DNA of 64,000 bases, from positions 54,092-118,091 of the forward strand of contig JBGTQK010000001.1 of the NCBI GenBank assembly GCA_041941365.1, in the 5' to 3' direction. Shown one piece after another: positions 47,884 to 56,939 of the stretch. Positions within the stretch are counted from its first letter, which is position 1, and each line of letters begins with the position of its first letter. The translations under genes were made by a program, and so were the position numbers. The notes beneath the pieces were generated by a model. The model searched no databases. It saw only the letters and a program-made list of their open reading frames with translations, and was not told the origin of the DNA. Source of the DNA: Cellvibrionales bacterium. Its GTDB lineage: Bacteria > Pseudomonadota > Gammaproteobacteria > Pseudomonadales > UBA7434.

Positions 47884-49656
47884 TTGATAGCGCTGGAACC
47901 ATTGATTGTCATTCTGAACGACGTCAAAATAGGTATCTGGCAATTTGATCAAATAGTTAAATCAGTACAAGCTGTTGAAGGTTTAAAATTGGAAAGTTAT
48001 ATAAATTCTCTACTGCGTGGCGAAGACACTGACAAAAGTGATCAGCGTTCCTCAGATAATTCAGAAGAAAAACCTAAAACTGAGGTTTCAGCAGAATCTT
48101 CAGAGCCTGATACTTCGACAGAAGCAAAAAACGAATCCTCTACGAATGAAGTTGTACTTTCCAATGCTGTAGAAGGTGAGGAATCGATCTTTAATCCGGT
48201 TTTGCCCTTTCAATTTGCTAAAAGATTTGGTGGTTATGTTATCGATAATGGTCATTGCCTCACGCTTTATCATAAAGAGAGTATTGAGCCATCCGTCATT
48301 TCTGAAATACAACGTTTTCTGTCGGCACCGTTTGCATGTGAACTGGTGAAAGATAAAAACTTTGATGCCTACTTAACATCGGCTTACGAAAATCGCAATA
48401 ATGAAGCCATGCAGATGGTAGAAGATCTGGGTGATGAGATGGATCTGGCCAGCCTGGCTAACTCGGTTCCAGAATCAGAAGATTTGTTAGAGCAGGAAGA
48501 TGATGCACCCATTATCCGCCTGATTAATGCATTGTTGACAGAAGCGGTGAAAGAGAATGCTTCTGATATTCATATTGAAACTTTTGAAAAGCGCCTGATC
48601 GTCCGTTATCGGGTAGATGGTGTATTACGTGAAGTGGTAGAGCCAAAACGTGTTTTGGCTCCGTTGCTTGTCTCCCGTATAAAAGTTATGGCCAAACTGG
48701 ATATCGCTGAAAAGCGTGTGCCGCAGGATGGTCGTATCTCTATTCGTATTGGTGGTCGTGAAATTGATCTGCGTGTTTCAACCATGCCCTCAAGTAATGG
48801 TGAACGCGTTGTAATGCGTCTGTTAGATAAACAGGCTGGCAGGCTCAAGCTCTCAGTGCTTGGGATGGTCCGTGAGGATATGACACGTTTGCGTGATATC
48901 CTGCATCGTCCTCACGGTATTGTATTGGTTACAGGCCCTACCGGTTCGGGTAAGACGACAACGCTTTATGCGGGTTTGACAGAGCTGAATCACCCTTCGC
49001 GCAATATACTCACCGTTGAAGACCCGATTGAATACAATTTAGAAGGTATCGGCCAGACTCAGGTAAACAACAAAGCGGATATGACGTTTGCGAGAGGCCT
49101 AAGAGCTATGTTGCGTCAGGACCCGGATGTGGTAATGGTTGGTGAGATACGTGATACAGAAACAGCCGATATTGCTGTTCAAGCGAGTTTAACAGGTCAC
49201 CTTGTATTGAGTACATTGCATACGAATACAGCGATAGGTGCAGTAACTCGTATGTATGATATGGGTGTAGAGCCGTTTTTATTATCATCCAGCCTTGTTG
49301 GTGTAATTGCACAGCGATTGGTAAGAACATTGTGCCCTGATTGCAAAGAGCCTTACTTGCCAGACGAAAAAGAAAGAGCTTTTTTAAAACTCGGGGAACA
49401 TGATTCACATTCCATGTTCAAACCGGTAGGGTGCCCTGCCTGTAATCACATGGGTTATCGTGGTCGAAGAGGTATTTATGAAGTTGTTGCAATTGATAGT
49501 GAGTTGCGACGTATGATTCACGATAGAGTATCTGAAGAAGAAATGACGCGTCAGGCCAGGAAAAATAGTCAGAGCATTATTGATGATGGCATAGCAAAAG
49601 TGTTATCAGGTATAACGACTGTCGAAGAAGTATTGCGCGTCACGCAAGAAAGTTAA
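47884..49656 (+). CDS. gspE: type II secretion system ATPase
   Basis: LPFQFAKRFG N1 motif, DDAPIIRLINALL, Walker A GPTGSGKTT, Asp/His boxes, tetracysteine CPDC...CPAC. The start is uncertain: there is no in-frame ATG before residue about 175, and TTG candidates lie at 47884, 47902, the Lys-Leu-Glu codon near 47990, and the Leu of VLPFQF. Confidence 0.9.
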   Translation: MIALEPLIVILNDVKIGIWQFDQIVKSVQAVEGLKLESYINSLLRGEDTDKSDQRSSDNSEEKPKTEVSAESSEPDTSTEAKNESSTNEVVLSNAVEGEESIFNPVLPFQFAKRFGGYVIDNGHCLTLYHKESIEPSVISEIQRFLSAPFACELVKDKNFDAYLTSAYENRNNEAMQMVEDLGDEMDLASLANSVPESEDLLEQEDDAPIIRLINALLTEAVKENASDIHIETFEKRLIVRYRVDGVLREVVEPKRVLAPLLVSRIKVMAKLDIAEKRVPQDGRISIRIGGREIDLRVSTMPSSNGERVVMRLLDKQAGRLKLSVLGMVREDMTRLRDILHRPHGIVLVTGPTGSGKTTTLYAGLTELNHPSRNILTVEDPIEYNLEGIGQTQVNNKADMTFARGLRAMLRQDPDVVMVGEIRDTETADIAVQASLTGHLVLSTLHTNTAIGAVTRMYDMGVEPFLLSSSLVGVIAQRLVRTLCPDCKEPYLPDEKERAFLKLGEHDSHSMFKPVGCPACNHMGYRGRRGIYEVVAIDSELRRMIHDRVSEEEMTRQARKNSQSIIDDGIAKVLSGITTVEEVLRVTQES

Positions 49657-49705
49657 TCAAAGTTTATTTAATCAGAAGTCAAGTATTTTGCAGGTATAAT
49701 AAATA

Positions 49706-50923
49706 GTGGCTGCGTTCAGTTATGTCGCCTTAACAAGCGATGGCAAACAAAAGAAAGGTGTTCTCGACGGGGATAGTGCTCGTCATATAAGGCAGATTCT
49801 TCGTGAACAGGCGTTAATGCCAATGGAAGTGGTGCCCGCGGCGCAAGGTGAATCATCTAATAAAATAACTAGTTTTGGTTTAAGAGGTTCAGGGCTTAAT
49901 GTTGGTGATCTCGCCCTCATTACTCGCCAAATGTCCACACTGGTACAAGCGGGCATTCCCCTGGAAGAAGCGCTAGGAACTGTGGCCAAGCAATCTGAGA
50001 AATCGCGTGTAAAAAATATCATGATGGCGGTGAGATCCAAGGTGTTGGAAGGCTTTAATCTGGCAGATTCACTGGGTGAATTCCCGAATGCCTTTTCCAA
50101 TCTCTATCGTTCTACGGTAGCTGCTGGTGAGTCAGCAGGGCATTTGGACGCCGTATTGGATAAATTGGCCGATTACACAGAGAGTTCTCACGCCGCCAGG
50201 CAAAAAATTCAGACAGCAATGATTTATCCCAGTTTATTGTTTTTTATGGCGATAGGCGTAGTGAGCTTATTAATGGTTTTTGTTGTGCCTGATGTTGTTA
50301 AAGTCTTTGATACTCAAGGTGCACAGTTGCCAGTAGTAACACGTGCTCTTATGGCGTGTAGTGATTTTATGGTCAATAAAGGGCTATTACTTGTTATTGG
50401 AATCGTGCTTTTCATAATGGGTATCAGAGTATTACTGCGCAGGCCAAACTTTAAATTGGCATGGGACAGAAGAAAACTTCATTTGCCCTTAATTGGCAAG
50501 TTGACGCGTTCGAGCAATACGGCACAATTTGCAAGCACTTTAAGTATTCTGACGGCTTCGGGAGTACCGTTGGTTGAAGCCTTAAAAATTGCTGGACAAG
50601 TATTATCCAATACATGGTTGCGCCATCAAGTAGCTGATGCAACCCAGCAAGTGCAAGAGGGAACCAGTTTAAACCAGGCTTTGTCTAAGGGAGGCTATTT
50701 CCCGCCAATGATGTTGCATATGATTGCAAGTGGCGAGCAAAGTGGTGAGCTGGATCAGATGCTGGAGCGCACATCCAATTCGCAACAGCGCGATCTGGAG
50801 TCGTTAATTGGCGTTATGCTGGGTATTTTGGAACCGGTGATGCTGATGTTCATGGGGGTTTGTGTTTTTGTTATTGTTTTGGCGATTCTGATGCCAATCA
50901 TAAACTTGAATTCACTCGTGTAA
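49706..50923 (+). CDS. gspF: type II secretion system inner-membrane platform protein
   Basis: 405 aa, GTG start. MAAFSYVALTSDGKQKKG N-terminus, two GspF repeats, three TM segments. Confidence 0.92.
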   Translation: MAAFSYVALTSDGKQKKGVLDGDSARHIRQILREQALMPMEVVPAAQGESSNKITSFGLRGSGLNVGDLALITRQMSTLVQAGIPLEEALGTVAKQSEKSRVKNIMMAVRSKVLEGFNLADSLGEFPNAFSNLYRSTVAAGESAGHLDAVLDKLADYTESSHAARQKIQTAMIYPSLLFFMAIGVVSLLMVFVVPDVVKVFDTQGAQLPVVTRALMACSDFMVNKGLLLVIGIVLFIMGIRVLLRRPNFKLAWDRRKLHLPLIGKLTRSSNTAQFASTLSILTASGVPLVEALKIAGQVLSNTWLRHQVADATQQVQEGTSLNQALSKGGYFPPMMLHMIASGEQSGELDQMLERTSNSQQRDLESLIGVMLGILEPVMLMFMGVCVFVIVLAILMPIINLNSLV

Positions 50924-51149
50924 GTTTGACTCTTATCAGGTTTTCTGGAAAGTTTTTGAGCTTTTGATAATAGGTAGGGGAAAATTGCTGGAGAAAGCTA
51001 TTTAGCTTTATAGCGACTCCCGCTAACATAGCCGCCTCGCTATTTTGGGTGCGTGAATATGATTGCATGTGCAAGTGAGAACCAAGGCTGAAATATTAAT
51101 ACATTAAAATACTGATAAGGTATATTGATAAAGTAAAGAGATTCAAGAT

Positions 51150-51623
51150 ATGCAAGTTAATCAAATGAATAGAAAAACGACGAATGTAAATCCTCTTAAA
51201 ACAAAAGGTTTTACACTGATTGAATTAATGGTGGTTATCGTAATTATCGGTCTGCTGATTGGTTTAGTGGGGCCTCAGGTAATTGGTCAAGTCGATAAAG
51301 CTCGTGTTACGACTGCGAAGGCGGACCTGGCAACCATATCTCAGGCACTTGATATGTATAAGCTGGACAATAATATTTATCCAACTACCGATCAAGGGCT
51401 TGAAGCATTGGTTGAAGCACCAACCACATCGCCAATTCCAAAAAACTGGAACCCTCAAGGTTATCTGAAAACCAAAGAGCTTCCAACAGACCCATGGGAT
51501 GGAGAGTATCAATATTACAACCCAGGGCCAGATTCACTTCCTTACGAGCTATTCAGTTTTGGAGGAGATGGTCGTGAAGGTGGTACTGGTTATGACACAG
51601 ATCTTAGTAGCTGGGATCAATAA
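51150..51623 (+). CDS. gspG: type II secretion major pseudopilin
   Basis: 157 aa. Prepilin motif KGFTLIELMVVIVIIGLL and the conserved GspG globular domain (DPWGxxY-like DPWDGEYQYYNPG). The leader is 20 aa from ATG 51150, or 15 aa from ATG 51165. Confidence 0.92.
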   Translation: MQVNQMNRKTTNVNPLKTKGFTLIELMVVIVIIGLLIGLVGPQVIGQVDKARVTTAKADLATISQALDMYKLDNNIYPTTDQGLEALVEAPTTSPIPKNWNPQGYLKTKELPTDPWDGEYQYYNPGPDSLPYELFSFGGDGREGGTGYDTDLSSWDQ

Positions 51624-51634
51624 TTAAATCGTTA

Positions 51635-51684
51635 GAGCAGGCTAGTCTAATGTTTTACCTTAGCCTGCTCATTTGCTTTTTTTT
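51635..51684 (+). terminator. intra-operon rho-independent terminator/attenuator directly after gspG
   Basis: GAGCAGGCTA (51635-51644) pairs perfectly with TAGCCTGCTC (51661-51670), with a 16-nt loop. It is followed by ATTTGCTTTTTTTT. Confidence 0.7.
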
Positions 51685-51790
51685 AATTAACGTTTTTTTA
51701 ATTAATAAATATAATTTTTTTTTTCGTAAGGTCTTAAACCTGCTTGTTTTTGCAGGCCCTTTTCTTAAGCCACTATTTAGTAACAATACT

Positions 51791-52504
51791 TTGTTAACCC
51801 CAACTTTTTCTCGACTTGTTAAAGCCAGACATAAAGAAAACGGCTTTACCTTGATCGAAATAATGATAGTAATTTTTATTATCGGCCTGTTTAGTGGCTT
51901 AGCTGTATTGACTGTTGGGGACAATCTGCAACGCAATCTGGAGGCTGAAGCCGAACGCTTGCAAAAAATAGTGAATGCTGCGGCTGATGAGGCTATTTTT
52001 ACCGGAAAAGAATTGGGTATTTATCTTGAGTCATCCGGTTATATGGTCCTGGTCTGGTTACCCTCAAAGCAGAGTTGGGCTTCAATGAATAGACGTGGGT
52101 TTCTCCCTTATGAAGTGCCAGAAAGTATAACGCTTGAATGGACTATTGATGGTTTTGTTCCTCCGTCATCTGAATCAGAAGGAGACGGGTTGGAAGATAG
52201 GGATCTGTTTTTTACCTCTGATGAAGAAAATATCGGGTATTCTCTTTTAGATGCAATAATTGATGAATCTGATGATGAAGAAGAGGAAGAACAGCAAGAC
52301 GAAGAAGGTATGGATATTAAGCTGGTTAGTGTAACCCCTCAAATTGTTACACTGAGTTCAGGAGAGTTGAGTGTATTTTCAGTGCACTTCAATCCCAGTG
52401 ATGAAGAGAGTGAAACAGAAGCTTATCGGCTTTATTCTGACGGGTTTTCCTTGCCGCGAATTCGCCGGGTAGATGCAGAATCTGCTGAGGAGCGTGAGTT
52501 ATGA
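51791..52504 (+). CDS. gspH: type II secretion minor pseudopilin H with acidic insertion
   Basis: Prepilin motif NGFTLIEIMIVIFIIGLF. The track start ATG 51650 lies in the terminator loop and would give a 60-aa hydrophobic leader. In-frame TTG 51791 gives a 17-aa leader, but no good SD is visible. Contains DESDDEEEEEQQDEEG. Confidence 0.65.
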   Translation: MLTPTFSRLVKARHKENGFTLIEIMIVIFIIGLFSGLAVLTVGDNLQRNLEAEAERLQKIVNAAADEAIFTGKELGIYLESSGYMVLVWLPSKQSWASMNRRGFLPYEVPESITLEWTIDGFVPPSSESEGDGLEDRDLFFTSDEENIGYSLLDAIIDESDDEEEEEQQDEEGMDIKLVSVTPQIVTLSSGELSVFSVHFNPSDEESETEAYRLYSDGFSLPRIRRVDAESAEEREL

Positions 52505-52917
52505 AGAATTGGGTAATAAGTAAATATAAAACCAATCTTAAAAAAAGAGGTTTCACGTTAGTAGAAATCATGGTTGCAGTAGCTATTTTGGGTTTTACAT
52601 CCATCGCTTTGATACTGAGTGTTGGTCAGGCCACCAGTGATGTAAATCGTTTGAATCAAAAGCTTGTTGCATTAAGCCTCGCAGATTACGCTTTAAATAG
52701 CGTGTTGGTAAAAGAAGAATTTCCAGAGTTAGGCTCTAACGAAGATATTATTTTGCTTGGAGAAGATGAGTGGCTAATCAGTGTCTCTGTGAGTGAAACA
52801 CCAAACAATAAAGTCAGAAGAATTGATGCAATGGTGCGTCCAAAAGGAGAAATTCTTAATCGTCAGGTTGCAGCAACAGTTTTATTGAGTGGGTTTAGAG
52901 CGGACATCTACGAATGA
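52501..52917 (+). CDS. gspI: type II secretion minor pseudopilin I
   Basis: 138 aa. RGFTLVEIMVAVAILG prepilin motif. 4-nt overlap with gspH. Confidence 0.8.
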   Translation: MKNWVISKYKTNLKKRGFTLVEIMVAVAILGFTSIALILSVGQATSDVNRLNQKLVALSLADYALNSVLVKEEFPELGSNEDIILLGEDEWLISVSVSETPNNKVRRIDAMVRPKGEILNRQVAATVLLSGFRADIYE

Positions 52918-53585
52918 GAAAGCCGATTCATTATAGGGTAACGTTTTCCAACAAAGGGTTTACCCTGGTTGAAATTCTGATTGCATTATTGATATTTGCA
53001 TGGATTGGCGTTGCTTCCTATCAAATTCTGGATCAGATTGTGAGAACCCAGGATGCAAATAAAACCCAATCAGAAGTTCTCTCTGGTAATCAGCGTCTGG
53101 TATGGCAACTTGGTAGAGACTTCAGGCAAATGGTCGACCGCAGCATTGTTGATGAGATAGGTAATAATCTGGATGCAATCAGGACAGATCTGGATGAAGT
53201 CGTCATTGAATTTACTCGAGCGGGTTGGAGTAATCCGCTTGGATGGCAGCGAAGTGAGTTACAGCGTGTGGCTTATCGTGTCGGGTATCATCCAGAGAGT
53301 GATGATAGTTCCAGTGAGTATTATAACGATGAAACACAATACCTGATTCGTATGTATTGGCAAACAATAGATCGTACAGATGAATCTAGGGTGCGGGAAC
53401 AAGCTGTGATGCCGAATATCGTCGATATGCAAGTACGTTTCTGGGATAAACAAAGTCAGGACTGGAGTGATACGCCGGTTTCTCAATCTTCACAGAGTAA
53501 TGCACCTGATTTACCAACGGCAGTCGAGGTGAGTTTATTGACGTCAGAAGACGAATTATTGTCTTTTATCTTTAAGGTGTTGTGA
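52914..53585 (+). CDS. gspJ: type II secretion minor pseudopilin J
   Basis: 223 aa. KGFTLVEILIALLIFA prepilin motif. ATGA overlap with gspI. Confidence 0.8.
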   Translation: MRKPIHYRVTFSNKGFTLVEILIALLIFAWIGVASYQILDQIVRTQDANKTQSEVLSGNQRLVWQLGRDFRQMVDRSIVDEIGNNLDAIRTDLDEVVIEFTRAGWSNPLGWQRSELQRVAYRVGYHPESDDSSSEYYNDETQYLIRMYWQTIDRTDESRVREQAVMPNIVDMQVRFWDKQSQDWSDTPVSQSSQSNAPDLPTAVEVSLLTSEDELLSFIFKVL

Positions 53586-53586
53586 C

Positions 53587-54702
53587 GTGATGTATCTGAG
53601 TTTAAAGAAGCCTTATGTTTTTTCTGCAAAATACAGGCAGGCGGGAGTAGCGTTAATTACAGTTTTAATGGTTTTTGCTATTGCATCAATTATTGCGACG
53701 AAGGTTATAACTGCGAAAATGCTAGATACACAGCGCTTAACTGGAATGTTAAGTCGAACACAAGCTTATTATTATTCATTAGCTGCGGAAGAATTAGCTA
53801 TATTGGCATTAAGAGAAAACACAAAGAAAGATACCGAAGATAATCGACTGGTTGATGACCTAGATGAATTATGGGCAGGTAATCAGCTCTCTAACGAGAT
53901 CGATTCACAGGGTGTTGATAACATCGGCACAGTTCAGGTAAAAATTAATGATTTAAACCGTTTTTATAATCTGAATAATATTGTTGATGAAGAGGGCACA
54001 GTTATTGAAGCGGAGCTTGTTCGTTTCAGGCACTTACTGGAAGAGTTAGATATTGACGTACTTCTGGCTGATAATCTTAGAGACTGGCTTGACAAAGATG
54101 ATCAGGAATCAGGTTATGCCAGTGAGTCTGATGCTTACTATAGTGCAGAGCCTGCATACAGGGCAGCTAATCGCAGAATGACTGATATCTCTGAATTGTT
54201 TATGGTTGCAGGTTTTACTTCTGAAGTTATCAAAAAGTTGTTTCCGCATGTTACCGTTGTTGAAAGCAGGGGGATCTTGCCAGTTAATGTGAATACAGCC
54301 ACTCGTTATGTACTTGCCGCTTCCGATTTAACAACACAAACAAAGAGTAAACAAACGGAAAGTATTGGCGTATCAGGCGCGTCTGATATTGAAACAAGCC
54401 GTCCTTATAACAATCGTCAAGAGATGCAAGCTGCGGTATCTGGTGGTGATAAGCTGATCCTAACATCTGCGACAAGCACAACAAGTGAAGACACTTCGGA
54501 ATCTGGTTCAGGTCAATCTTCAAACAATCAAGAGCGATATTCTGTAACGAGTGACTATTTTGAAATTAATATACGAGCCACATATGCAGGCCACACTGCT
54601 TTTTTAACAACCGTGGTAAAACAGGAAGGGTTGGGCGAAGCGGCAAAATTCATTGTGTTATCCCGAAGAGAATCGGATAATTCACTAAAATTTTTACAAT
54701 AA
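53587..54702 (+). CDS. gspK: type II secretion minor pseudopilin K
   Basis: 371 aa. Prepilin-like RQAGVALITVLMVFAI lacking the Glu+5, as in GspK. Size and position are typical. Start is GTG 53587 or ATG 53590. Confidence 0.8.
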   Translation: MMYLSLKKPYVFSAKYRQAGVALITVLMVFAIASIIATKVITAKMLDTQRLTGMLSRTQAYYYSLAAEELAILALRENTKKDTEDNRLVDDLDELWAGNQLSNEIDSQGVDNIGTVQVKINDLNRFYNLNNIVDEEGTVIEAELVRFRHLLEELDIDVLLADNLRDWLDKDDQESGYASESDAYYSAEPAYRAANRRMTDISELFMVAGFTSEVIKKLFPHVTVVESRGILPVNVNTATRYVLAASDLTTQTKSKQTESIGVSGASDIETSRPYNNRQEMQAAVSGGDKLILTSATSTTSEDTSESGSGQSSNNQERYSVTSDYFEINIRATYAGHTAFLTTVVKQEGLGEAAKFIVLSRRESDNSLKFLQ

Positions 54703-54797
54703 AGCCTGTGTCATTGCCAGCTTTAGTTAAACTGATAGTGTTTGTTTAAAAGTTCGCTAGAATAGATCAAGCATTTGCTGAGGAAATAAAAAAGTCA

Positions 54798-56312
54798 ATG
54801 TCAGAATTTCTATGTTTAAGGTTTCGAGAAACTGAGATAAGCCCTCACTCAGTCCTGGCTTGGTCGATAGTCACTTCCCAGGGAAGCATCGAGCAATCGG
54901 GCTATGCACTGCTCTCGGAACTGGCTGAGGCGTTACCAAATACTGACGTTAGCAGACGATGTATCGTGATTGTATCAAGTGAATCTGTTTTATTGACGAC
55001 AGTGACACTACCATTAAAACAACAACGTCATATGCGCCAGGTTTTGCCTTTCCTTGTTGAAGAACAAATTATTGATCCTATTGAAAATATGCATCTGGCA
55101 GTACCAGTACTTCATAGTACTGAAAGTGTTCAGGTTGTTGCCATTCAGAAAACCAAACTATCAGAGTGGCTCGATTGCCTGGACGAAGCATCTATTCAGC
55201 CAGACTATTTATTTATGGATGTGCTGTGTGTACCGGAAATACATCGTGATACACAGACACCCTGGCAGTTGCTTTTTGATGATCAAAAATTACTCTTCCA
55301 TAATCGCCAATATTCTGGAATGACACTTGATGCTAATTTGGCCAAAACAGTATTAGGTATCAATATTCATAAGCAGAATATATCGGAAGAGGGTAATGAG
55401 GGTGAGTTGTCATTGGATGATGGTTCATTGGAAGCGTCGTTAATCAGTGTTGCAAAAGATACAGAAGCTTTTGAGCTTATGGGTGTAAAAGCAATAAGAG
55501 CTGCAGAGTTAGCTGAGCGAGCAGAAGCCTCAAAAGAAGGTGAAACACCTGAGAGAGAAGATTACGAAAATTTTGAAGAGCATGATGAAAACGATTTTGA
55601 TGAAGCGCTTGACGATGATGGCATTGAAGAAGCTGATCATTCGACTGAAGAAAGCTATTGGCTTCAGGAGATAGACGATTTTCTTCGTTCGGAAAATATT
55701 AAAACCTATAGGGTCAACTACAGTGAAACAGCATCCGAGTTGTTGGCGTTAGGAGCAGTAAAAAAACTCGAAACAAACCTGAACTTGTTGCAGGGTGATT
55801 TTCTTCCAGCTAATGCCAATCAGGCTAACCGCCTGTTCTTACGCAAAATGGTAGTGGGAATTGCTGCTTCTGTTGCCTTATTTTTGTTAGTCACATTAGG
55901 GGGCGGAGCTTACCTTAATTCACAGGCAGATAGTTATTTCGATAAAAGTGTTGCAGTGTATAAATCCCTGTTTCCAAAACAGCGTCGGATAAAAGATCCG
56001 GTTAAACAAATGAAACGCCAGTTAAGTGGAGCAATGGTAGGCGGCACTACATCAGAGTTTTTACCTTTATTAGATGCAGCTTCCAGCTCATTAAAGACAC
56101 TTGAAGAACAGGAAGCGACTGATGCCTCGATAGAGCAACTGCGTTATGATGTTGAACGTGGCCATATAGCAATTGATATTCAAGCTAATGATATAGACGA
56201 ATTGGAGAAATATCGCGACTTGTTAACTGCACAAGGGTTAAAGGTCGACATTCTCTCAGCGAATCAGGATGGTGGTGTTGTAAAGGGGCGCCTTCAAATT
56301 GGCCGCTCCTGA
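54798..56312 (+). CDS. gspL: type II secretion system protein L with acidic insertion
   Basis: 504 aa. Cytoplasmic N-domain, TM MVVGIAASVALFLLVTLGGGAYL, periplasmic C-domain. Lies between gspK and gspM. A roughly 50-aa D/E-rich insert sits before the TM. Confidence 0.78.
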   Translation: MSEFLCLRFRETEISPHSVLAWSIVTSQGSIEQSGYALLSELAEALPNTDVSRRCIVIVSSESVLLTTVTLPLKQQRHMRQVLPFLVEEQIIDPIENMHLAVPVLHSTESVQVVAIQKTKLSEWLDCLDEASIQPDYLFMDVLCVPEIHRDTQTPWQLLFDDQKLLFHNRQYSGMTLDANLAKTVLGINIHKQNISEEGNEGELSLDDGSLEASLISVAKDTEAFELMGVKAIRAAELAERAEASKEGETPEREDYENFEEHDENDFDEALDDDGIEEADHSTEESYWLQEIDDFLRSENIKTYRVNYSETASELLALGAVKKLETNLNLLQGDFLPANANQANRLFLRKMVVGIAASVALFLLVTLGGGAYLNSQADSYFDKSVAVYKSLFPKQRRIKDPVKQMKRQLSGAMVGGTTSEFLPLLDAASSSLKTLEEQEATDASIEQLRYDVERGHIAIDIQANDIDELEKYRDLLTAQGLKVDILSANQDGGVVKGRLQIGRS

Positions 56313-56384
56313 TATAGTAATCGGATCGGGTGTGTACTCAAATACAGATTACTCTTAACTGACATTAAGTGAAATACAAAGACA

Positions 56385-56927
56385 ATGAGTGAACTTATTC
56401 AAAGACTAGAAGACGAATTTGAACAATTTGTACTTAAAGTGAAAACCAGTCAAGCTTACCGCGAGCTTAATCAACGTTATCAGGCTTTGACGGAGCGTGA
56501 TCGTCTCATTACCAACATTGTTGGTACGTTAGTGATTGCTTTTCTTTCTTATCAGTTAGTTATAGGTCCGGCGCTGGGTTATCTCACTGATGCCAGTAGA
56601 AATTATAAAAAACAGTTTGCCGACTATGAATGGATGGTTGCTAACGAGCAAGAAACAAAAGAGCGATTAGCAAGCAATCAGAACAGCCGGGAAGGCTCAC
56701 TATTGAGTGTGGCTTCTGCTACGGCTAAAAATCATGAAATTTCATTTAGTCGTTTTGAGCCAATTGGAGATGACAGAGTGAGATTATGGCTTGAACAAGT
56801 TAAATTTAATGATCTTGTCACCTGGCTAGCAGAGTTAGAGTCAAATCAGGGTGTTAGCGCTACTGATATTTCAATGGACAGTTCAGCTCCGGGTTTTGTT
56901 AGTGTACGTTTGACCTTGCAGGGTTAA
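56385..56927 (+). CDS. gspM: type II secretion system protein M
   Basis: 180 aa. LTERDRLI followed by a single TM and a small periplasmic domain. Position after gspL. Confidence 0.75.
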   Translation: MSELIQRLEDEFEQFVLKVKTSQAYRELNQRYQALTERDRLITNIVGTLVIAFLSYQLVIGPALGYLTDASRNYKKQFADYEWMVANEQETKERLASNQNSREGSLLSVASATAKNHEISFSRFEPIGDDRVRLWLEQVKFNDLVTWLAELESNQGVSATDISMDSSAPGFVSVRLTLQG

Positions 56928-56939
56928 TGGTTTACTACA

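Noticed and set aside
51650-51790. ATG 51650 as the gspH start (284-aa form)
   Set aside because: The ATG sits in the loop of the gspG terminator hairpin. It would put about 60 hydrophobic residues before the prepilin G|F cleavage site, and known pseudopilin leaders are short.
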